This document shows, piece by piece, positions 53,750 to 64,000 of a DNA stretch of 64,000 nt (positions are counted from its first letter, which is position 1; each line of letters begins with the position of its first letter). The position numbers and the translations under genes are program-made. The notes below the pieces were generated by a model. The model was not told the origin of the DNA. It saw only the letters and a list, made by a program, of their open reading frames with translations, and made no database searches. This stretch comes from Eledone cirrhosa (Eukaryota), in contig OZ024758.1 in assembly GCA_964016885.1 (NCBI GenBank), positions 7,440,001-7,504,000 on the forward strand. The letters run 5' to 3'.

Positions 53750-54499
53750 AACAGACAGACAGACAGAGAGACAGAGAGAGACAGACAGATACAGAGAGAG
53801 CGAGATACAGAGAGAGCGACAACATTTGAATTAGTGCATTTCATAGGTCTACATGAAGCAACCATTTTGCGGTTCAATTCTTCTCAAGATCGATAAATAT
53901 GTTAATGGTACGGAAACTGTTTGGTTTTGTTTGATTGCAAATCGATTGCAGGCCGGGATTATATCAGAAACTATTCAAAATCCAAGATAAACTAGAAAAT
54001 ATAAGAGAGAAGTTAAGAAAACCTAGCAATCATAAATGCCTGCATATTTGCCATGACTACAGAGAGGAGATCAACCCAGTAGTTAAAGTTTCATTCAAAG
54101 GAAGTTATATTATATAAAAAATGAATAAACGTGGACTAAATTTTCCATTTATGGTCATTGTTCTATAAATATCTAGGGTGATTGTCCACCAGATTTAATA
54201 TTTGTAGACCCGCACTTAGTCGATGACAAAATCATCAGACAAAATGCCTTGCGGTATTTATATCATTTTTATTTTTTATTTTTTTTACATTCTGGTTTCT
54301 AATCCCGCCGGGGTCGACTTTGACTTTTATCCTTCCGTGTTCGATAATTAAAAAAATGATGTCCCCAGTAAAATATTTGTCTCGATTTAATCGACTACAA
54401 ATTGGAAGCCACATTCCCTAAGTGAATTAAATGTTGGTTTCAACTTCACTCCTGTGACAAAATAGTAAGAGGAGAGAGAGGAGAGACCAGTTGTATGTG

Positions 54500-54978
54500 G
54501 AATGGCTGAGTCTCTTGTACAACATTACTCGAGCTTCGCCTCTGTCTTGAAAGACGAGAACACGCTAGGGTCACTTCACCATGCTATACCAACTCAGACT
54601 GAAAGAAAATGTTCCTAGGAGTTGATTCATAGTCCCACGAGACATTTCTCTCTCTCTCTCTCTCTGGTCCCGTAACTTCTTAGAGAGTCTTGGGGACGCC
54701 ATATTGATATACAGTGTTTCTAGAGCATTTTAAAACCTGGCGGAGCCCATCCCTCTCCAGGTATGAATACAACAGATTTTTTCCAGAGATGTATTGAGAG
54801 TGAGAGAATGGAAGTGATAAAGAGATATAGAAGAAGAATCGGCCCTAGTATTTGACTGGTACTTTTTTATCGACCTTGAATAAGGCAAAGTTAACCTCAG
54901 CGGAATTTCAAGAGAACCGGAAGGACTGCTAGAAATCATTTTATCCAATGTTCTAACGACTTTGACAATTTGCCGCTT
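54500..54978 (-). mobile_element. Long-tail SINE variant (inverse of the 50853-51420 type)
   Basis: gtttctagagcattttaaaacctggcggagcccat...actggtacttttttatcgacc...aaggcaaagttaacctc. Confidence 0.6.
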
Positions 54979-55172
54979 TCCACAAGACATGTGAAAGCCA
55001 ATAAATCATCCAGGAGGAGAGGTTTCCTGTGGGTTGATTTGCACTACACTCTCGTTTATTGTTGAGAGGGTTCACGCAGTACTGAAGTGTTGGGTTCCAT
55101 CAAATATCATCCGTCTCCGCTCTTATACGTTATTAACCAATTAGTCTCACTCATATCTATTCCTTTTAAGTA

Positions 55173-55514
55173 CGAGGGTCAGCTGAAAAGGTCATAGGCT
55201 GGCCAAGATACTCTCGTGGACTAACCAAATGAGGTTTATTTTTCAACATAGTCCCTGAAAAGAAACATTGCAGTTATTTATAAGAAGCGTTGAAATTAAT
55301 GCCTGCAAGATTTCACAGGCCTAGCATCACTCCTTCATAGGCTGACCAAGATATTCTCATGGAATGACCAAATGTGGTTTATTTTTCAACATAGTTCCTG
55401 GAAAGAAACAATGCAGTTATTAATAAAGAGGGTTGAAATTAATGCATACAAGATTTCACAGTTCTAGCATCACTCCTTCATAGTCAGCTTATGAACTTTT
55501 TCAGTCTACCCTCA
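55173..55514 (+). mobile_element. Mariner-like MITE with an internal tandem duplication
   Basis: TA-cgagggtcagctgaaaaggtcatagg ... ttatgaactttttcagtctaccctca-TA; the ~145-bp body is present twice. Confidence 0.85.
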
Positions 55515-55889
55515 TATATCTTCCTCATATGTGTTTACCTTCACTGAACTGTGTATAAAATAGTTGATTGGACATCCGATGGTGTTCCCTAGTCGCCATA
55601 CGAAGGATGTATAATCTTTATATACCCCACGAGAAGGGTGTATAATCTTATACCCATCATTTCCTGCGACTAAATATTGAGTTGGTACAGTTTATCTGGT
55701 GTTCGATCTTCTGAAAATCAATATCCTGTGCCTATTGATTACCCCAGTATTGGAATGGCTCTACAACGTTTACCATCTGTTTATGTTCCTCAATGGAGAG
55801 ATCTGCTGGCTTTCCACTTGTTCATACAAAACCTTTCGTATGTGGCGGGTTGATCCCATTCTCTCGTATGCCGCAGTGAATATGTCGGT

Positions 55890-57015
<1,126 letters not shown>

Positions 57016-57802
57016 GACTGATATCCAATCCATCTATATAAAAACATTGAATGATAACATATAAACAATAGCAAATGAAAGCCCATACTTTCTATACACC
57101 AAAATCCCACATTCTATATACATCATAAATATCAAGATTATTTATGAAGATATATATTGAAGTCTGGGTAGCATATTGTTAAAATAGATCATATTTTGGA
57201 AAGCAATATTTTTTAGAGATTTAATGTAAATGGTCTATAGGTTTCGAGAAATGACAAGAGATACGTTGATAAGCTATTGAAAACGTGCCATAACTTACAG
57301 TATTTACCAAAGGAAAGCATATTGTTGTTCACGGTGCTTTATGAGAATTTATAGAGAATCTTTATATAAGACAGATACAAAAGTAAAACTGAAATAGGAG
57401 TGTAGTGAGCGCCATTGTATTATTGATGTAATTTATGGTGAAAGATACTTTATAACTGTTTCGATTTCTAACTAGAACCGTTTTACTCATGTCATTAACG
57501 TCAGAGGGAAAGTAATGAATATAACCTCCTCCTATTTCTTTTCTATTTCAAATGAGAGATATCATCAGTTTTGATATTTAGCCAGAGATATATGATAAAA
57601 AAAAATAGTGTCATTTTAAAATATATTGTTTATACAACGTGGTATGAAATGATTTGGAATAACGAGTGTGTAAATATTTTATAAAATTGTAGGAATCTCC
57701 AACACTGAAAAAGCTGTAAAACAGCCCGCTGCTGTGATGACCATAGCAGAGTGTCTGGTTAAACAAAACCTCTTCTGAACGGAAGAACAGTGAGAGAAGA
57801 TA

Positions 57803-57885
<83 letters not shown>

Positions 57886-57903
57886 AAAAGAGGCTATATT
57901 CCT

Positions 57904-57941
<38 letters not shown>

Positions 57942-58249
57942 TGGAGATTTATCTGTTATTTCTAGAAGTCCAAGTGATACTGTAAAGTCTGGCTTGTTAC
58001 TTCCACATCATCATCATCACTATCATTTAGTTGTTAGGAGCCACGGGGTAGCTGGTTTGCTGCATTTAATTCTGGTAGGAGTAGAAACACTTACTTGAGT
58101 GAGGTCTCTTCTCAGAAGACCTATTCACAAGCTCTCCTTAGACTTAGGTTTTCCTTTGGATTCCACCGACGAGACGTTTCTCCTGTATGTGTAAGATTTA
58201 CTAAAATAAGTAGTCGTTATTTTACATTTTGAATCAAATTACAACTAAA

Positions 58250-58390
58250 TAAGGTTTATTTTTAAACATAGTCCCTGGAAAGAAACCATGCAGTTGTTAA
58301 TAGAAAGAGTTGAAATTAATGCATGCAAGATGTCACAGCTTTAGCATCACTTCTTCATAGTCAGCATTTGTATTTTTCAGCCTACCCTCG
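58250..58390 (+). mobile_element. Partial mariner-like MITE
   Basis: ggtttatttttaaacatagtccctggaaagaaac...ttttcagcctaccctcg. Confidence 0.75.
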
Positions 58391-58431
58391 CATATATACT
58401 CTTCACGGGATCTAGACTAAATCCCTAATAT

Positions 58432-58575
<144 letters not shown>

Positions 58576-58619
58576 GTGTGTATAGTATATATATATATAT
58601 ATATATATATATTTCATGC

Positions 58620-58862
58620 GAATGGGTTTTTGCACCTAGGCGGTCCCCCTTCGAGGTTCAAGTCCCGGCAAGGTTGTTTACCAACCTCCCCTCTCTACGC
58701 CACCGATGTTGTCCAAGGGAAAGGCAAAGACTTGTAGCTCATTTCTACAGTTAAGTAAACTGGAGCAACGTGAAATAAAGTGTCTTGCTCAAGAACACAA
58801 TGCATCACCTAGGCCAGGAATCGAACTCATAATCTCATTACTGTGTATCTAAGCCACGCGCC
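58620..58862 (-). mobile_element. SINE family 2 (internally deleted)
   Basis: gatgttgtccaagggaaaggcaa and gcaacgtgaaataaagtgtcttgctcaagaacacaa match the reverse complement of the 5398 copy. Confidence 0.7.
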
Positions 58863-58880
58863 TTTATTATATATATTTAT

Positions 58881-59071
58881 AAGGGCGGTGAATTGGCAGA
58901 TTCAGTAGAGGGTCGGACGCCATGCTTTCTAGCATAGTTACGTCCCTTTACAGTCTGAGTTCAAATCCCGCCGAGGTTAACTTTGCCTTTCATCCTTACG
59001 GGGTCGATAAAATAAAGTACCAGTAATGCACTGGATAATTGCTGGCCTTGTGCCTAAAGTAGAAACAATTA
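58881..59071 (+). mobile_element. SINE family 1, full-length reference copy (tRNA-derived head)
   Basis: A-box-like tggcagattcagtag, B-box gagttcaaatcc, core gcctttcatccttacggggtcgataaaataaagtaccagt, tail gctggccttgtgcctaaagtagaaacaatt. Confidence 0.9.
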
Positions 59072-59313
59072 TTTATATATCTATAACTGACTTCTTACCT
59101 GAATATTTATATCTCCCTCTCTCTCTCTATATATATATATATATGTGTGTGTGTGTATGTATATGTGTGTGTGTATGTATGTGAGTATATTTATGTATAA
59201 ATATATATATATATATGTGTGTGTGTGTGTATGTATGTGAGTATATTTATGTATAAATATATATATATATTATATGTGTGTGTGTGTGTGAGAGAGTATA
59301 TTTATGTAGTATG

Positions 59314-59345
<32 letters not shown>

Positions 59346-59722
59346 CGCGTGTGTGTGTGTGCGTGTGTGCGTGTGTGTCTGTGTGTGTCTGTATGTGTGT
59401 GTGTGTGTGTGTGTAGATAGAAATAGAGGCTAAACATATACATATAATGTATGTATGTATATGTGTGTGTGTGTGTGTGCCTGTGTCTATGAATGCCTTT
59501 GTGTATGTGTGTGTATGTGTGTGTATGTATGTGTGTGTATGTATGTGTGTGTGTGTGTGTGTCTATATGTGTGTTAGTTATTACACTTGAGACATTCATA
59601 GATTTATAAAACGTGGCCCAATCGTGCGACAACAACGTATTAGTAAAGTATTTTATTTCTCCTACCTATATAAATAGTAGATATATAAATTGAACATTGA
59701 GCTGTTATTTATGTAAATACAG

Positions 59723-59916
59723 AGTGTAATGGAGGAGCCTGCAGCCAATTAATGTTTGTAACGGTGGTGTTCTTGATATTGTGTTGCACAGAGAAGGTGG
59801 AGGAGAAGACGAAAAGAAAGAGGCAGCGTTTGAGAACGTCTACAATTCGAGTTACTACAACCAGAATGCCGCTTAAGACAACCAATTACAGGCATAACAA
59901 TTATTTCAACGTTTAA
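59723..59916 (+). CDS. Candidate terminal coding exon of an unidentified host gene
   Basis: Non-repetitive, higher-GC segment. After tacAG the frame reads CNGGACSQLMFVTVVFLILCCTEKVEEKTKRKRQR...FNV*. An alternative acceptor ttgcacAG (59791) gives EGGGEDEKKEAAFENVYNSSYYNQNAA*. AATAAA near 60016. No homolog recognised. Confidence 0.3.
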
Positions 59917-60161
59917 ATCCTTTGCCGTTACTGATAGAAGATAGAGATAGAAGATAGAAGATAGAAGATAGAAGAAGATAGAAGATAGATAAGTTCCTGG
60001 AGCGGAGTAAAAATAATAAAATAACTGCAGCTAGAAGACGGTAACATTAATTACCAAACAACATGTCTTTCTACACACAAATCGATTGATCTTCCTCTAT
60101 TTGTCGTCTGGTTTTAATAAGTACCACTTATCAAATGTATCAAATATCTCTCTGCCTTTAG

Positions 60162-60249
<88 letters not shown>

Positions 60250-60475
60250 ACACACTCTCCCTCTCTCTATATGTGTCTATCTATTTATCTATGCTCTTTC
60301 TCTCTCTCTAAAATATATATATATGTATATATATATGTATATATATTTGTGTGTGTGTATTGTGTGTATTTGTATATATATATATATATACAATATAAAT
60401 GTGTGTGTGTATATATATATATGTATGTATATATATAAGTATGAATGATTTATTGGCATAGGATTTTAAAAAAAC

Positions 60476-60512
<37 letters not shown>

Positions 60513-60766
60513 ATATTTAGCGATAGACAGTATGTTTAAGAACAAACATTTGAAATCCTTTAGCTATAAATTTTGGAAGCTGATGACTAGAGTCATCTGG
60601 CGGTTTCCGGCAGAAGCAGGAGCGAGTAACTGTCGACGATTGTCGTTTCTTATTCTGATCCTTATCAAAAAAGTAGTCCCTTAACCTGCTCTATGCTGGA
60701 ACACTCAATGAAAGCGAAAACAAACACTCACACACATATATATATACACACACATATATATATATA

Positions 60767-60902
60767 TATAAGGAAAAAAGATGAAATCGAAAATGCAACT
60801 GGTGTCTTTTTTAGAATATTTATGTGAAACTGGTAAAGGAACCAAATAAATATTCTTAAAAAGACTCCAGTTGCATTTTCGATTTCATCTTTTTTCCTTA
60901 TA
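60767..60902. repeat. ~57-bp-arm palindrome embedded between (TA)n tracts
   Basis: tataaggaaaaaagatgaaatcgaaaatgcaactgg...ccagttgcattttcgatttcatcttttttccttata; spacer gtgaaactggtaaaggaaccaa. Confidence 0.9.
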
Positions 60903-60952
60903 CTTTCACTCGTGTAGGACACCTCGTTTTCTTTCATTTTGGAAAAACCCTC

Positions 60953-60991
<39 letters not shown>

Positions 60992-61519
60992 TTCAAAATA
61001 TTAACAAAAATAGACATTCGTGTGATCAAGTATATTTTATTATACATATTTCAGAGGTACTGAGCTATCTTCAACAGTATGTTCTCATCAGATAAAATAA
61101 GATGATGCATGACATACCCTGACTAAGTACATGGTTAAGATTCAGTCATGGCAGTGAATAAGATATGACAAAACTCAATATTTATATATGTATGTATGTC
61201 TCTCTTTCACTTAATTTCGAGTACATTTTTCACCGACCACATTCGTGGTGGCAAGGAGGCAAAAGAAAAGAAATTGTCATCCCTTTCGCAAGAATGTTTT
61301 GTAAATTTTGAAGGTGCCAGCTATCGCAGCCATTTGTAGTCTATGAATTAGGGAGCTTCCCGCTTTGTCCACAAATCCAAGTTCAGTTATATGTACGTAT
61401 GTATGTATGGAAATACTTGGTTTGGCGCCCGAATGCGCGGTTAGCCCACGGGGAATGAGCGAACCCGAGTTTTTATAATATATAATATAATATAAAATAA
61501 AATAATATATAATATAATA

Positions 61520-61710
61520 TAATTGTTTCTACTTTTGGCACAAGGCCAGCAATTACCCAGTGCATTACTGGTACTTTATTTTATCGACCCCGTAAAGATG
61601 AAAGGCAAAGTTAACCTCGGCGGGATTTGAACTCAGACCATAAAGGGCCGTAACTCTTTGCTGCAAAGCATGGCGTCCGACCCTCTACCGATACTGCCAA
61701 TCCACCGCCT
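61520..61710 (-). mobile_element. SINE family 1, full length, inside an (ATATA)n array
   Basis: Match to the reference copy. Confidence 0.9.
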
Positions 61711-61714
61711 TTAC

Positions 61715-62255
61715 ATAATATAATATAATATAACATAATATATAATATAATATAATATAATTGTTTCTATAATATAATATAATATAATATATAATATAAT
61801 TGTTTCTATAATATATAATATAATATAATATATAATATATTACAACTACAATATAACATAATACAATACAATATAATATAATATATAATATAATTGTTTC
61901 TATAATATATAATATAATATAATATATAATATATTACAACTACAATATAATATAATATAATATAATATAATATAATATAATATAATATATAATATAATTG
62001 TTTCTATAATATAATATAATATAATATAATATATAATATAATTGTTTCTATAATATAATATAATATAATATAATATATAATATAATTGTTTCTATAATAT
62101 ATAATATAATATAATATATAATATATTACAACTACAATATAATATAATACAATATAATATAATATAATATAATATAATATAATATAATATAATATAATAT
62201 AATATAATATATAATGTATTACAACTACATATAATATAATACAATATATAATATA
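61715..62255. repeat. (ATATA)n pentamer array with recurring attgtttcta and ttacaactac inserts
   Basis: Direct reading. Confidence 0.9.
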
Positions 62256-62602
62256 AATAAGATAGATAATATGACTATTTGATAAGAGTTTCAATGAGGA
62301 CATTGTGGCGAGGGATTGTATATTAGTATCGAGGGAATATTGTAAAGTTCCTATTATGAATATATAAGTATGTGTTAGTGTGTTGCAGTAGCTGTGCGTA
62401 TTTGTAGAATATAGGTCTATGATTGTACAAGCAGATATATAGATAGTACATCTACATAATAGGAAACAGGACCAGAGTAAAGGAGGCTAATATTTTATCC
62501 AAAAATCGATAACTTATAAATATCAGATAATTGTAAGATATAATTTATATTTATACACACACGCACACACACACGCACGCACACAAACACACACACACAC
62601 AA

Positions 62603-62657
<55 letters not shown>

Positions 62658-62665
62658 TATATATA

Positions 62666-62872
62666 ACGAAGGAAATGTGGTAAGGAACCAGATGGACCAT
62701 AACGCACCAAAGTACTCAATACTTAGGGTAGTAGAGTGGGTAATAGAAACGAGTAGGACCCCGACGGCTGAGCTCAAGCCGTTTCGACGGCTAATTCTGG
62801 ACTAAAATGTTAGTCCAGAATTAGCCGTCGAAACGGCTTGAGCTCAGCCGTCGGGGTCCTACTCGTTCCTAT
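62666..62872 (-). mobile_element. Family B palindromic element, best-preserved copy
   Basis: 63-bp arms 62743-62805 / 62810-62872 with one mismatch; tail is the reverse complement of 35455-35530; (TA)n on both sides. Confidence 0.8.
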
Positions 62873-63444
62873 AAGTATATATATATATATAAGTATATAT
62901 ATATATATAAGTATATATATATATAAGTATATATATATATAAGTATATATATATATATATGTATGTATGTATATATATATATATAATAGTAATAATAAAT
63001 GTGAAGACTAAAATCATATATGTATGTAGATATATATGTGTGTATATATGTATATATATATGTGTGTGTGTGTGTGTGAGTATATATATATATATATAAA
63101 CATGTGTGTGTGTGTGTATGTATATGTATATATGTGTGTATATGTATGTATGTATATATATATGTGTGTGTGTGTGTATGTATACATATATGTGTGTGTG
63201 TGTATATATATATATATAAAACTTCAATATATCAAGAAATACTATATTCTATCATTCCAGACAGACAGTGATATATTTGCAGAAGTTTTCCGTGAGTTTT
63301 AGGTTAACTAGATATTGATATCTTCTTTAAAGTAAATCCTAAGGAAGGGACAACAAAATCTTGAATTAGAGGATGGTTGCTGAGAATTTCAGGTTTCGGA
63401 AGATTTCAAAGACGTAATTTCAATAATGTGAAATGTACGAAAGT

Positions 63445-63832
63445 GGACTGACTATGAAGGAGTGGTGCTAGAGCTGTGAAATATTGTATGCATTAATATC
63501 AACTTTTTTTTACTAATAACTGCATTGTTTCTATCCAAGGACTATGTGGAAAAATAAACCACATTTGGTCATTCCATGAGAGTATCTTGGTCAGTCTATG
63601 AACTGTTCAGCCAAGCCATGTATGTTTGTGTGTGTGTATGTATATATACAAATCTAGGCTGACAATGAAGGAGTGATGCTAGAGCTCTGAAATCTTGCAT
63701 GCATTAATTTCAACTTTCCTTATCAATAACTGCATTGTTTCTTTCCAAGAACTATGTTGAGAAATAAACTTGATTTGGTCATTCCATGAGAGTATCTTGG
63801 TCAGTCTGTCTATGAATTTTTCAGCTGAACGA
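63445..63832 (-). mobile_element. Two tandem mariner-like MITE copies
   Basis: gaaggagtg.tgctagagct.tgaaat...ggtcattccatgagagtatcttggtcagtct occurs twice. Confidence 0.8.
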
Positions 63833-63896
63833 GAGAGAGAGATAGAGAGAAAGATGGGGAGAGAGAGAGGTCTATGTGCCCGTGTGTGTGTGTGTA

Positions 63897-63949
<53 letters not shown>

Positions 63950-63961
63950 CTGTGTCTGAGT

Positions 63962-63992
<31 letters not shown>

Positions 63993-64000
63993 TGCGTGTG

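Noticed and set aside
57445-57575. Minus-strand CTGATGA ... GAAACAGTT
   Set aside because: More than 100 nt between the core halves and no stem I pairing.
58881-58975. tRNA gene
   Set aside because: A/B boxes are present but there is no clean cloverleaf; it is the head of a multi-copy SINE. The same applies to 5398-5460 and 32460-32535.

Overview
AT-rich, microsatellite-saturated eukaryotic non-coding DNA. The repeat landscape suggests an octopus-like cephalopod, which is my inference. There is no convincing intact protein-coding gene: nearly all listed ORFs are (TA)n, (CA)n, (GA)n or trinucleotide read-throughs, and only one candidate terminal exon (~59.7-59.9 kb) stands out. The window holds more than 20 copies of one tRNA-headed SINE, a second CORE-type SINE, several MITE families (pogo/Tigger-like, mariner-like, hAT, piggyBac-like), a non-autonomous Helitron, RTE and CRE-like LINE remnants, and 14-70 bp minisatellites. 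The most striking signal is a set of short (~150-350 bp) islands embedded in (TA)n tracts that carry type I hammerhead ribozyme motifs (CUGANGA...GAAA...GUH). About 8 loci have an intact core and several more are decayed. Stems covary between copies and loop III is often palindromic. Several islands are long fold-back palindromes followed by a conserved tail. This looks like several families of microsatellite-targeting, non-autonomous Penelope-like or retrozyme elements. All structures were folded by eye; cleavage and transcription are untested.
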